DNA of 64,000 bases, from the NCBI GenBank assembly GCA_947253945.1, contig CAMYAY010000003.1, positions 22,664 through 86,663 on the forward strand, read 5' to 3'. Positions within the stretch are counted from its first letter, which is position 1; the number at the start of each line of letters is the position of its first letter. Origin of the DNA: an uncultured Candidatus Saccharibacteria bacterium. Lineage in GTDB: Bacteria; Patescibacteriota; Saccharimonadia; Saccharimonadales; Saccharimonadaceae. The translations under genes were made by a program, and so were the position numbers. Below the pieces are notes generated by a model. It was given only the letters and a program-made list of their open reading frames with translations. It did no database searches and was not told where the DNA came from. Positions 26,854 to 36,821 of the stretch are shown here, piece after piece.

Positions 26854-28824
26854 GTGGCACTCGGTCTGTTTGTTTTAGCTTTTGCGCCATTAATCTTAGT
26901 TACGCCAGCCCACGCCACCGATGATAACACTGTCAGCATCGCGGTTGACCAGAACGCTACACTAAAGCCAGCTGGCACGCTCTATAAAGCCACCACGAAC
27001 GTTACCGTTAAGACCGGCAAACCCTACGGCTTCAATCTCACCATGCAAGCCGATACGGCTGACCTTGTAAACAGTAAGGACCCAACCCATAAAATCTCCG
27101 CCACTCCAAGCACCACCCCGGTTGCCTTAAACGCTAACCAGTGGGGTTATGCTCTTAATAAGTCTGCCTCTACTTTCAGCGCCGTCCCAGCTGGCACCCA
27201 AGCCACGCCAGCCGTCATTGTTGATACATCAGTTAAAGGCAAGCAAGCTGGTTGTAATTGTAAAGACCATTGCGATACCACTGTTACTTTTGCAGCCAAC
27301 GTCGACCCAGCTAAATTAGCCAGCGGTAGCTATAGCACCACCATTATCTACACGGCTACTGCCAAACCAGCTCCAAAACCACCGGTAGTTGAGCCAACGG
27401 TTTGTAAGTCCGGCGACCCAAAGAACGATTGCCAAGTTGACCTCGACCCAAACATGATCCCAGTCAAATATACTGGCAGTATCTATAACGCAGAGTGGAC
27501 CAGTGTAGCCGATCCAGAAGATAGTTCCAACCAAGGAAATTGGTATGACTACGATAACAAGCAATGGGCTAATGCTATCACTGTAAAGCCATGGGCTCTC
27601 AGTAAATATCAGGGTCAGACCAGGGTAGTAGACCAATCAGATATTCTTGGCTTTTGGGTCTACATACCACGTTATGCTTATGAAGTCATGCGCCGTGATG
27701 CTACAGACAAGCCGGTGCCAGCGCAGAATTTCCTAATTCATTTTGAAAAGAAGACCGACCCGAAGCGCTATCCAGCCGAATCAAAATGTGCTGGCCGTAA
27801 TATGGATTACCGTACCACCTGTAGACTCAATCGCGATTATATCAAGGGCCAGCCAAGCACCCAGGGCACCTGGGCCACCCACCCAGCCTTTACCTTCGGC
27901 GCTAAAGAACTCAATGGCATCTGGTTTGCTAAGTTTGAGACGACGGGTAGTATTGACCATCCAACTATTTTGCCTAATCAATCCCATATAGGGTATGAGC
28001 CTATCGGAACATATTACACGGTAGCTAAATCTCTTGGGGTTAACGACCCACAAAATATTGGTGGCAACAGTATATCCACTACCCAAAATAGCCACAATCT
28101 TGCTAAGTTTAGCTCTCACATGGTAAATAATAGCGACTGGGGTGCAGCTACTTACTTATCTGCTAGTAAGTATGGTTCTGGCTATAATAAGGTTCAAATG
28201 AATACTAATGGACAGGGGCATAGTACTGGCTACAATGATATGTCGTCATATGGTATTACTGGATGTGGTCCGCGTTCTAGTGGCGATGCTAGTAGCTATG
28301 GAGGTAATAGCAGCTATCAGTATAGGCCAAACTATACCGACGAAGTTGGTGGTGTGCTAGGCACCCAAAGTGCTTGCTATTCTGGTGATATACAGCGTGC
28401 TTACAATGGCACCCTTGGCCAACTCGCTAGTACCGCCAACAACCCAACAGGTATTTATGATATGTCTGGTGGGGCTTCGGAATATACTGCATCTAGTTAT
28501 ACTAGTGATCTAAATAATTCTAGTACTATTAATTTCAGACAATCGCCTGCTCGTCCACCGTATGCTAACATATATAATTTCGATACCCTAAATAGATGTA
28601 CTTTTTCTACCTGTGGTGGTCAAGCTCTACACGAAACAAATAGTGATAGCACCGTAGCTCGATGGAATGGTGGCTGGGTAAAATTTGTGGGGCATTCTGC
28701 TCCGTGGTTTGAACGTGGTGGCTACTATGGTGACTCGCATATAGGACTGTTTCGTGTTAGTATTTCGAATGGTGGTCCCATTGGTATGGTCGCGTTCCGC
28801 GTCGCGCTCGCGCCTACGGTGTAA
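26854..28824 (+). CDS. Secreted surface-protein family member E (N-module plus FGE-sulfatase-like C-domain). Phase-OFF; the ON form would start at 26663.
   Basis: The ORF-track start is a GTG without an SD. About 85-90% identical to member G (40276) over the N-module. Motifs ANQWGYALN, CQVDLDPNMIPVKY, YWVYIPRYAYEVMRRD, GTWATHPAFTFGAKELNGIWFAKFETTG, GIYDMSGGASEY, CGGQALHE and FRVALAP are present. Confidence 0.65.
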   Translation: MALGLFVLAFAPLILVTPAHATDDNTVSIAVDQNATLKPAGTLYKATTNVTVKTGKPYGFNLTMQADTADLVNSKDPTHKISATPSTTPVALNANQWGYALNKSASTFSAVPAGTQATPAVIVDTSVKGKQAGCNCKDHCDTTVTFAANVDPAKLASGSYSTTIIYTATAKPAPKPPVVEPTVCKSGDPKNDCQVDLDPNMIPVKYTGSIYNAEWTSVADPEDSSNQGNWYDYDNKQWANAITVKPWALSKYQGQTRVVDQSDILGFWVYIPRYAYEVMRRDATDKPVPAQNFLIHFEKKTDPKRYPAESKCAGRNMDYRTTCRLNRDYIKGQPSTQGTWATHPAFTFGAKELNGIWFAKFETTGSIDHPTILPNQSHIGYEPIGTYYTVAKSLGVNDPQNIGGNSISTTQNSHNLAKFSSHMVNNSDWGAATYLSASKYGSGYNKVQMNTNGQGHSTGYNDMSSYGITGCGPRSSGDASSYGGNSSYQYRPNYTDEVGGVLGTQSACYSGDIQRAYNGTLGQLASTANNPTGIYDMSGGASEYTASSYTSDLNNSSTINFRQSPARPPYANIYNFDTLNRCTFSTCGGQALHETNSDSTVARWNGGWVKFVGHSAPWFERGGYYGDSHIGLFRVSISNGGPIGMVAFRVALAPTV

Positions 28825-28953
28825 CACTTAATGTAACGGTGGTGGCGTACCGAACGTAAAGCCGCCGTTTTGACTGAACTAATACAAGCGGGTTTACTCG
28901 CCATTGTGCCTGTGCTATAATAGGAGTATCTAAGCCATAGGAGGTGGCCAATA

Positions 28954-31080
28954 ATGGTAGAGGTAAGGTCTAAATTGCGGCGGATTTATTTGGTGAGTGG
29001 CATGGCATTGATTGTGCTCGCCACCCTTCTGGTGTTGCATCCGGCGCCGGTGCAGGCGCGGCTGGCCAGCCAGAGCGCGACGCCGACTAATGACGGCATA
29101 GAAGTTACGTCTGTTGACGAACTGAAGCTGCAGCGGGGTGAGCACCGCTTTTACAAGGCTACCAATCACATTTTTGTCAAGACAGGCTGGAAGTACGGCT
29201 TCAGTGTGACCATGTTGGCGTTGACGCCGGATTTATTGCACAATCCGAACCCTATTTCTGACTGTGGTAGCGTTGTGATCGCAGCCCCTAAGAGCTATGA
29301 GCCGGTGGATTTGCAGCCGGGGCAGTGGGGCTTTAGCCTCGACCAAAATGCTACCAAGTTCAGGCATATTCCGAGTATGTGGCAGGCTCGGCCGCACGAC
29401 GACCCGCTACTGATAGCCGAAACGTCTCCAAACAAGACCGGCAAGTGTGCCAGCGCCCATGAGTGTGATGTGCCGGTGACCTTTGCGGCTAATTTAGACT
29501 CCAATGACATCGCTGCTGGCAAATACGAGACTAATGTTTATTACACGGTGACCGCTAAGCCGCGCCCGCCGCATGTGATTGAGGAGCCGAACATGAGCAC
29601 TAATTTTTGCCAGTCCGGCAACGCAGCGAACAGCTGTAAGGTTGATATCGACGCCAACATGATTCCAGTGCGCTACGACACCGAATATGCCAAGTGGGTG
29701 AGTGTAGCCAAGACCGAAGACGCCGCGCATCAGGGTAGTTGGTATGATTATAATAAGAAGCAGTGGGCGAACGCCGTGACGGTGAAGAAATCGGCATTAA
29801 GTAAGTACCAAGGCCAAGCTAAACCTGTCGACCCAGCTGATATTCTCGGTTACTGGGTGTATGTGCCGCGCTATGCTTATGAGGTGATGCGGCGTGACTT
29901 TAGCAACCACCTTCCAGTGAAGCCGCAGAATTTTGCCATTCACTTTGAAAAAGCGACTGACCCAAAGCGCACTCCGGCGCCATGCGAGCGTAGTTCGTAC
30001 TTCATGCCGGATTACCGGAAGGATTGTAAACTCGACCGCAGCTACATTGCTGGCAAGCCGAGCAAGAACGGCACTTGGGCGACTCATCCAGCGTTTAGTT
30101 TTGGCAAGAAGGAGCTGAACGGCATTTGGTTTGCGAAGTTTGAGACCACTGGTACGAAGACTCAGCCAACGGTGCTGCCGAACCAGCGTCGTATGACTGG
30201 CGCTGACCTTGGTGGCGACGCTGCGGGCTTGTTCTATACGCTGGCTAAGACTGTGGGCACTGTTGACCTTGGTAACGTTGGCGGTACGCGCATCAAGGAC
30301 GCGCCAAGTAACGCGCACGACCTCGCCAAGTTTAGCTCACGCATGATAAACAATAAGGACTGGGGCGCCTTAGCTTACCTCAGCGCCAGCGAGTTCGGCA
30401 CGGGCTACAACGGCTTACAGTCAAACAACCAGACCGACGACCAAATGGACGCCGACCAGAATTTCAGCAAGGGTGTAACGGGCTGTGGCGCCGGCACCGG
30501 CGAAGACTACTCCGACACTGGCAAGTTGGGCACGGAGCAGGCTTGTAACGCAAACCACCCAGAGTACGCCTATAATGGCACCGTCGGACAGCACGCCAGC
30601 ACCACTGGTAACGTGACAGGCGTGTACGACATGGCGGGCTATGGTGGCTACGTGGCGGCGAAGTATGTTGTTGATCCAAATACGCTAGTGCCGAGCTCCA
30701 TACCAGAGTTTGCACGACCGAAGTATACGTGGTATCACAAGAGCGACCCGACTGGCATTGGCGCGCCGCTCAACTCGCCGTACCTCAATGCTTATAACTT
30801 CTCGTCGTTTGACAAGTGTACTTATGAGCTTTGTGGTGGGCAGGCTAGCTATGAAGTTCACAACATCTACGTCCCGTCCGGTCCAAATCAGTGGCTGGGT
30901 CAAAAGTATGACGATTACAAGATGGAGGTTGAGGATACTTGGGTTTACCGTGGCGGCAGTAGCGACCTTGAAGGCGACATTGCGACAGGTGACCGCGGTA
31001 TTTACACCTTCCATCTTGCGAACGGTGGTTCAACTGGCCAAGACGGCTTACATATTGTCCTCGGCGCATTTAAGCAGTAA
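28954..31080 (+). CDS. Secreted surface-protein family member F (divergent N-module plus FGE-like C-domain). No poly-G.
   Basis: GGAGGTGG SD. Signal ...LHPAPVQA. Motifs QWGFSL, CKVDIDANMIPVRY, YWVYVPRYAYEVMRRD, GTWATHPAFSFGKKELNGIWFAKFETTG, GVYDMAGYGGY and CGGQASYE are present. Confidence 0.7.
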   Translation: MVEVRSKLRRIYLVSGMALIVLATLLVLHPAPVQARLASQSATPTNDGIEVTSVDELKLQRGEHRFYKATNHIFVKTGWKYGFSVTMLALTPDLLHNPNPISDCGSVVIAAPKSYEPVDLQPGQWGFSLDQNATKFRHIPSMWQARPHDDPLLIAETSPNKTGKCASAHECDVPVTFAANLDSNDIAAGKYETNVYYTVTAKPRPPHVIEEPNMSTNFCQSGNAANSCKVDIDANMIPVRYDTEYAKWVSVAKTEDAAHQGSWYDYNKKQWANAVTVKKSALSKYQGQAKPVDPADILGYWVYVPRYAYEVMRRDFSNHLPVKPQNFAIHFEKATDPKRTPAPCERSSYFMPDYRKDCKLDRSYIAGKPSKNGTWATHPAFSFGKKELNGIWFAKFETTGTKTQPTVLPNQRRMTGADLGGDAAGLFYTLAKTVGTVDLGNVGGTRIKDAPSNAHDLAKFSSRMINNKDWGALAYLSASEFGTGYNGLQSNNQTDDQMDADQNFSKGVTGCGAGTGEDYSDTGKLGTEQACNANHPEYAYNGTVGQHASTTGNVTGVYDMAGYGGYVAAKYVVDPNTLVPSSIPEFARPKYTWYHKSDPTGIGAPLNSPYLNAYNFSSFDKCTYELCGGQASYEVHNIYVPSGPNQWLGQKYDDYKMEVEDTWVYRGGSSDLEGDIATGDRGIYTFHLANGGSTGQDGLHIVLGAFKQ

Positions 31081-31150
31081 GCCCAAGCCTCGGCTGCGCC
31101 CGCAACAAAATGTTTGCGTTATAGGATAAAGTTTGTTATAATGTAGCTAT

Positions 31151-31375
31151 ATGATTACAGTGAAGAGAAAAGATGCCCGTGAGGCTAATGAGAATTTGCT
31201 ACGCCGCTTCAACCGCCGCGTGTTGCAATCAGGGGTGATTGCAAACGCCAAGGCTGCCCAGCGTTTTAGCAAGCCAATTAGCAAGCGCGAGCGCCGCGAG
31301 GGTGCTATCATCCGCGAACAGCGCAAGGCAGAAAAGACTTTGCAGATTCGTCTTGGTCTTGCCAAGGCTCGCTAG
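31151..31375 (+). CDS. rpsU: Ribosomal protein S21
   Basis: MITVKRKDAREANENLLRRFNRRVLQSGVIANAKAAQRFSKPISKRERRE fits the S21 pattern. A terminator follows at about 31400-31440. Confidence 0.7.
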   Translation: MITVKRKDAREANENLLRRFNRRVLQSGVIANAKAAQRFSKPISKRERREGAIIREQRKAEKTLQIRLGLAKAR

Positions 31376-31504
31376 TCCAGCTTGTCGGCAATTAGTCTAA
31401 GAACTTAGCAAAAGCACCACCTAATAGAGGTGGCGCTTTATTTTGCTATTGACTATTTCGCGCGATTATGCTATTTATATAGATAGTATATAGCTTAGAG
31501 AAAG

Positions 31505-33388
31505 GTGAAGATGGAGCGATTTAATCATGTCACTCCGGCTGCGCAGCCGGAGTCGGACGATACTCAAGAATTCCCAATTCAGTACAAGGGTTGGGCCAAC
31601 CGTGGTGATAATACAGACCACCACCAAGAGAAGAGAGCTTCTTTAGATGACACTATTGTTACCCCAGTAGTATCGGCGCCGTTGTCGGACGATACGATTG
31701 CCATGCTGCCAGTTAATGCCGCACCGCGTCCCGTAAAGTTAAGTTGGCCAAGTGAACCTACGCCAACCGAAGCGACGAGTGAAGCCAAGGCTGCTAATCC
31801 AGATAGTTTATTTAGTAAGCACAACAAAATTATTGCTGGCGTAGCAGGCGCGGCGATATTGTTGGGTGTTGTAGTGGCGGGTGTTATGTCGCGCAAAAAT
31901 GAGCGCGCAGATAAGCCAAGCGCCTCTGTTAGCGCACCGGCCAAGCCGCAGAAGCCGGCTAAGCCTGATGTTAAGTCGGAGGCAAAGCAACAGCCTAGCC
32001 CTGAAGCAGTTGACGCCGGCGGCCCAGCCGATTACTCCGCCTTGCCGCTCAACCAGATTTACGACCAAAATTGGTACAAGGTAGGCAGTGAGTTGGTTGG
32101 GGATCCGGGGCATACTGCTGCTGCTGGTAAGCAAAATGATGTTGGAATGGACGCAAGTGCTCCAGTCAATGACCACGATGGCTTTTATAATTTCTACAAC
32201 GCTCGCTATCAAATCGATTCAGCCGCCGAGAAGGGTCAGATTGGCAAGGTGATCCGCAGCGAAATTGCTAATAGTGTAGCCGACGATACCGCCATGGCTA
32301 CGTATTACGACATAAAGAGTGACAGAAGTGGTAATAGTGATAACTCTAAGGAACCTAAATTAACTGATGCGCAGCGTAATTATTTTGAGCGGCTGAAGTC
32401 TGTTGTTGGCGGCGACTTTAAGACGTACACGCGCAATACTATGTATGCTGACCGTGTTACTTATCTTTTGCACAGTGGCCATTCTTTCAATACCACATAT
32501 AACGAACGTCACCCAGGTTCTGTGGGATATGCTGATATGTATCAAAGCAATGCAGAAGAGCTTAACGTGCCATACGTAGACGAAAACGGCAACAACATCG
32601 GACTTGACAAGTCTGCCCACTACGATAGCCTAATGAGCGTGATGCGGTGGATGCTATACGACCAAGGGTTTTACAATGTCGCCGTCAGCCCGGCTGGTGT
32701 TTGGGGTACTTGTCGCCTAGATAACCGTGGTTATATGGAAGCCGTGCAAATTGTTTTGCCATCGCAGGACAATCCGGACAAGTTCGATGTGTTTGTTGGT
32801 GTGTTGGACGACATCTATTACAATCGAGTATTGACAAGTGACGTAAATTATACTGTGGCGGACTATAGCGGTACGAACGATTATGCACTTTATGCCTCAG
32901 TGCTCCGCCAAAGCAACAAGAGTACCGGAATTTTGCCATTCCGTGCTATTTTACATGATGTTGACCGGCCGTTGCGTGCCAAGGATAATGAGCTGTCACG
33001 TGTGATGCGTAAGTTTGGTGTTGATGACAGAAAAATGGCTTCAATCGTCGGTAGTAGCTTTGCCACGTTGGTAGGTAGCAATATGTTCGTTGACAATGAA
33101 ATTAAGGGTGTGGGCTATGGTGGATTTATCCATCGTGGCGATGTGGAAGCATTGCCGCATTACGAACAATATGTGGGAAGTGGAAGTTTGCCGGTTTATC
33201 TTAACGGTCTTAATGCTCACAGAGATGAAAACGGTGACGACGTGGAACGCTATCGGGCATTTATGTTAAAGGCGGCGCCGACGAGCCGTCAGTGGTATGG
33301 TGAGCCTAATAAAGGTATTGATTACAATAAGGGGATGCTTAATTACGACGAGTTTGTAAAGCTTGATCGTGCAGCGTTTGGTAATTAA
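31505..33388 (+). CDS. Membrane-anchored extracytoplasmic protein of unknown function
   Basis: Cytoplasmic N-terminus, one TM segment (IIAGVAGAAILLGVVVAGVM), and a large C-terminal domain of about 480 aa. A terminator follows at 33392-33420. Confidence 0.5.
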   Translation: MKMERFNHVTPAAQPESDDTQEFPIQYKGWANRGDNTDHHQEKRASLDDTIVTPVVSAPLSDDTIAMLPVNAAPRPVKLSWPSEPTPTEATSEAKAANPDSLFSKHNKIIAGVAGAAILLGVVVAGVMSRKNERADKPSASVSAPAKPQKPAKPDVKSEAKQQPSPEAVDAGGPADYSALPLNQIYDQNWYKVGSELVGDPGHTAAAGKQNDVGMDASAPVNDHDGFYNFYNARYQIDSAAEKGQIGKVIRSEIANSVADDTAMATYYDIKSDRSGNSDNSKEPKLTDAQRNYFERLKSVVGGDFKTYTRNTMYADRVTYLLHSGHSFNTTYNERHPGSVGYADMYQSNAEELNVPYVDENGNNIGLDKSAHYDSLMSVMRWMLYDQGFYNVAVSPAGVWGTCRLDNRGYMEAVQIVLPSQDNPDKFDVFVGVLDDIYYNRVLTSDVNYTVADYSGTNDYALYASVLRQSNKSTGILPFRAILHDVDRPLRAKDNELSRVMRKFGVDDRKMASIVGSSFATLVGSNMFVDNEIKGVGYGGFIHRGDVEALPHYEQYVGSGSLPVYLNGLNAHRDENGDDVERYRAFMLKAAPTSRQWYGEPNKGIDYNKGMLNYDEFVKLDRAAFGN

Positions 33389-33461
33389 TTTATGAGTCAC
33401 CGCCACGAGGCGGTGATTTTACTGCCCGCCCGTGGCTGGGCTGGTGTGCTACAATATTACT

Positions 33462-33911
33462 ATGAGTTTACAAGAACAAATTAAGGCGGATTTTAAGGCA
33501 GCAATGCTGGCGCATGATGAAGTGAAAAAGCTCACCATCAGTGGTTTGAAGTCGGCCATGCAGTATAAAAAGGTGGCGTTGGGGAACCAAGCTGACCTCA
33601 CGGAAGACCAGATGCTTGACGTCGTGGCGGCGCAAGTGAAGCAGCGCGACGACTCGATTGCTATTTATCAGCAGGCGGGTGACACGGAGCGCGCCGCGGC
33701 CGAGCAGGCGCAGCGCGACATTTTGGCGGCGTATTTGCCGAAGCCACTTTCGGCGGACGAGCTGAGCGCCGTGGCGCATGAGGTGATTACGGCGAACAAC
33801 TTCACGATGAAGGATATGGGCAAGGCCATTGCCGCCGTCAAGGCGAAGGTTGGCCACGCCGCCACCGGTGGCGACATTGCTGCGGCGGTTAAGCGGAGCT
33901 TCAACCAATGA
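33462..33911 (+). CDS. GatB/YqeY-domain protein
   Basis: MSLQEQIKADFKAAMLAHDEVKKLTISGLKSA...LPKPLSADELSAVAHEV matches the YqeY family. Confidence 0.7.
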   Translation: MSLQEQIKADFKAAMLAHDEVKKLTISGLKSAMQYKKVALGNQADLTEDQMLDVVAAQVKQRDDSIAIYQQAGDTERAAAEQAQRDILAAYLPKPLSADELSAVAHEVITANNFTMKDMGKAIAAVKAKVGHAATGGDIAAAVKRSFNQ

Positions 33912-34489
33912 TTATGTTTGTGGGCCCAGCTGGGGCAGGCAAGTCGGTGCAAGGTCAGCTTTTGGCGGTGTGCCATCAGCTGACTTGGTTGAGTGCTGGC
34001 AAGCTGTTACGTGAGACCAACGACCCGCAGGTGTATGAGGTGATGGCGCGCGGTGAGCTCGTTTCGCCCGCACTTGTTAATCGGGTAATTTTCCATCATT
34101 TGGACGACCAGCCAGAGCTGGACAATATCATTATCGACGGCTACCCACGCAGCCTTGACCAGGCGCAGGCGCTTTCGGAGTACAGCCAGCAGCGTATGGG
34201 GCGTGAGTGTATCGACTTCGTGGTGGTGTTTGACGTCACGGCCGACGAAATTTTCCAGCGGCTGAGCTTGCGTGGGCGACTTGACGACACGCGTGAAGTA
34301 ATTGAACATCGTTTGGAGAGCTACAAAGCCGACACTCTACCTCTGGTGAACTACTACACCGAGCGTGGCGCCAAGGTGGTGCACGTCAACGGTATCGGTT
34401 CGCGCGGCGAAGTGCTCGACCGCATCGAAAGCGCATACAACGACTACCGTGCAACGCGGCCAGCGGAGGCGGCGGATGCGAATCATTAA
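33908..34489 (+). CDS. adk: Adenylate-kinase-like nucleoside monophosphate kinase
   Basis: P-loop FVGPAGAGKSVQGQLLA, the NMP-binding/LID arrangement, and DGYPRSLDQA. Confidence 0.6.
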   Translation: MIMFVGPAGAGKSVQGQLLAVCHQLTWLSAGKLLRETNDPQVYEVMARGELVSPALVNRVIFHHLDDQPELDNIIIDGYPRSLDQAQALSEYSQQRMGRECIDFVVVFDVTADEIFQRLSLRGRLDDTREVIEHRLESYKADTLPLVNYYTERGAKVVHVNGIGSRGEVLDRIESAYNDYRATRPAEAADANH

Positions 34490-35261
34490 GGCAGCTAACT
34501 TCACACCCGTTGAAATCGACCACATGCGCGAGGCGGGGCAAATTTTGGCTTCGCTCTTCCGTGACGTACGGCAAGAAGTGGTGGCGGGTGCGACACCAAA
34601 GGACATTGACGCTTGGTTTGCGCGTGAAATAAAGGCGCGCGGCGCTCACGCGACTTACCTTGACCCAGATGTCAACTTCCCTGGGGTAATTTGTATCAGC
34701 GTGAACGACGTGGTGGTGCATGGCGTGCCGAACGACGTGCCGTTTGAGGCAGGTGACGTCATCAGCTTTGATTTGGTAGTAGACGTTGATGGTATGAAGG
34801 CAGACAGCGCTTTTACCATGTTGACCGACGACGCGGCGCCAACTGGGGCAAAGAAGATGTTGATTCACACCACGGAGCGCAGTTTGTATGCCGGCATTGA
34901 TGCCGTGAAGCGTGCCCGTGGCGATGTTTGCGTGGGCAACATTGGCGCGGCAGTGCAGGCCGTACTAGAGAAGGAGAAGCTGGGCGTGGTGCGCGACTTG
35001 GTCGGGCATGGCATCGGGCGTGAAATGCACGAGGCGCCGGACATCCCGAACTACGGCAAGCGTGGCATTGGCCCGATTGTGCCGACCGGCAACGCCATCG
35101 CCATTGAGCCGATGGCAACTTTGGGTACTTGGCGTGTGGCGTTCGACCCTGATGGTTGGACGATTCGCACGCGCGACGGCAGCTTGGCGGCGCACTTTGA
35201 GCACACCTTGCTATTGCACGACGACGGCCCCGAGATTATCACCAAGTTGAAAGAAAATTAG
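34476..35261 (+). CDS. map: Methionine aminopeptidase, type I
   Basis: MRIIKAANFTPVEIDHMREAGQILA..., metal ligands in VVHGVPND...FDLVVDVDGM...HGIGREMHE...IEPM, and a terminator at 35268-35292. Start set at 34476, inside the longer ORF-track call. Confidence 0.85.
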   Translation: MRIIKAANFTPVEIDHMREAGQILASLFRDVRQEVVAGATPKDIDAWFAREIKARGAHATYLDPDVNFPGVICISVNDVVVHGVPNDVPFEAGDVISFDLVVDVDGMKADSAFTMLTDDAAPTGAKKMLIHTTERSLYAGIDAVKRARGDVCVGNIGAAVQAVLEKEKLGVVRDLVGHGIGREMHEAPDIPNYGKRGIGPIVPTGNAIAIEPMATLGTWRVAFDPDGWTIRTRDGSLAAHFEHTLLLHDDGPEIITKLKEN

Positions 35262-35359
35262 TTTTAGCCACCCCGCGCGGGTGGCTTTTTGTCTATTTTT
35301 GTGACAAAATTTTGTGTCACCGTCTAATTTAAAAGCCACCTCTAGGAGGTGGCTGGGGG

Positions 35360-36064
35360 TTAGGCTTTCGCCCAATCGACTAAAGTGCTATCCACTATGC
35401 AACGCGCTGGGTCTTGTTCGTCTTGGCGGACATAAATAATGTAGCCATGACTCCAACCGGGGTCGAGCATAGAAGACATGATAAAGTGGGTGCAATAGTG
35501 GTACTGGCCGGCGACGCGTTCGCGAGTGCGGTAATAGTAGCACTCCGGCATGATGTTAGCCGCCGCGGGAACGATTTCATTGACTTGGTCAATGAAGGCG
35601 CTGTTGGGCGTAAAAGCCGTGGCGCCACTCAGCACCGTGGACCTGGCGATGTCGGCGCGGTAGTTGTCGTGCAAGTGGCGGGCGATGCCTTGCCAGATGA
35701 CCTTGATGCCGCCTTCGCCAATTAAGTTGCAGTCGATGGCGCCCACCATTGAGCCGGACTTGACAACACTAATTAAATCTTGTCTGGTTCGTTCCGCCAT
35801 GTCAAGCAAATGCCCTGGGCAATACCAACCGCTGTCGCGGCGCTTGTGTTTGCCTTTGGTGGTACATTGCCAGGTGCGGTGCTCGCCAAGCCTCAATGGT
35901 CGAGTTGCCGCTTCTTCAGCAAGTTCAGCTTTCGCTTGCTCGTTAAGCTGATTGGCTTGGCGGAGGCGCGGGCTAATCCAGCTTGTTGCTACTGGGGTAG
36001 CCGCTTCATAGTTATGCGTCTGGTCAATTTTATCAGCAACCAACATTGCAGTTTGTGTATCCAT
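35360..36064 (-). CDS. Hypothetical protein
   Basis: 234-aa ORF with GGAG upstream. No recognisable domain. Confidence 0.4.
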   Translation of the reverse strand: MDTQTAMLVADKIDQTHNYEAATPVATSWISPRLRQANQLNEQAKAELAEEAATRPLRLGEHRTWQCTTKGKHKRRDSGWYCPGHLLDMAERTRQDLISVVKSGSMVGAIDCNLIGEGGIKVIWQGIARHLHDNYRADIARSTVLSGATAFTPNSAFIDQVNEIVPAAANIMPECYYYRTRERVAGQYHYCTHFIMSSMLDPGWSHGYIIYVRQDEQDPARCIVDSTLVDWAKA

Positions 36065-36227
36065 TAATTTTACTCCTTAAGGTACGACTCCAGAGGGGTG
36101 CTAGAGAATATTATTTAATTCTATAACATTTTGCGTATATTGTCAATGGCGGGAGGTGACGTCGCGGACGCACTAACAGATGTGAGTGGGGCAAAGAAAA
36201 GGCCACCCCCGAAGGGGTGGCAGGCTA

Positions 36228-36821
36228 TTAGTAGTTGATATGAGACTTACGATAATCATAAACGAGGCGACCGAACTCAACGTTCATGTGGTCAAAGTAA
36301 GCCACTAGGGTAAACTCTGTGTCGTAGTGCGTGGTGTAATTGCCGACATGCATGCCGAGCAGAAAGGCGTTGTACTCCTGTCCACGGGCATTTTTGCCGA
36401 CAATCGGCGCGACGAAACAGCTGTTCGTGTCGTGTTTAACTTGGTCCTCGGCGCGTGGATGCGCAACAAAAGTGGAGCCCGGCAGGCTATGCTTTAGGGT
36501 TTGCGCCAGCACGCGGTAAAATTCTCCCGTTGGCTGGAAGAACTTGGCGTGTTGGGTGGCGCAATCGAGCCAGAGGTTGTTAAACGCGGCGCGTAGGTCG
36601 GGGTATTCTTGGTTAGCAATGTATTGCTGAGCCCAATCCATACAATCGACCACTTGAGGCGCGCAAGCGTCAGGGGCGCGAGCTAGCCGCGCGGCGCGCG
36701 GGTCGGCTTCGGCAATTAACAGACAGTACTTCAGTAAGGGCGGCGTAAGCGCCTCCACTCCCATCAGTGTAGCCTGTTCAACTACCTTGCCGAGTGTCTC
36801 GGTGTAGCTAAACTTTATCAT
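36228..36821 (-). CDS. Hypothetical protein, last gene of a three-gene minus-strand operon
   Basis: Its start overlaps the stop of the upstream gene at 36821. No recognisable domain. Confidence 0.4.
   Translation of the reverse strand: MIKFSYTETLGKVVEQATLMGVEALTPPLLKYCLLIAEADPRAARLARAPDACAPQVVDCMDWAQQYIANQEYPDLRAAFNNLWLDCATQHAKFFQPTGEFYRVLAQTLKHSLPGSTFVAHPRAEDQVKHDTNSCFVAPIVGKNARGQEYNAFLLGMHVGNYTTHYDTEFTLVAYFDHMNVEFGRLVYDYRKSHINY

Noticed and set aside
14420-26854. Accepting the ORF-track starts (TTG 14420, GTG 26854) as the true initiation codons of family members B and E
   Set aside because: Neither has an SD. The resulting N-termini lack a charged n-region. Strongly SD-backed ATGs lie 127 and 191 nt upstream and become in-frame after a 1-2 nt change in the G tract. 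The ON paralogs use the homologous ATG.
34365-34475. N-terminal extension of map overlapping adk
   Set aside because: The canonical MAP N-terminus MRIIKAANF begins at 34476. The upstream part is the 3' end of adk in another frame.
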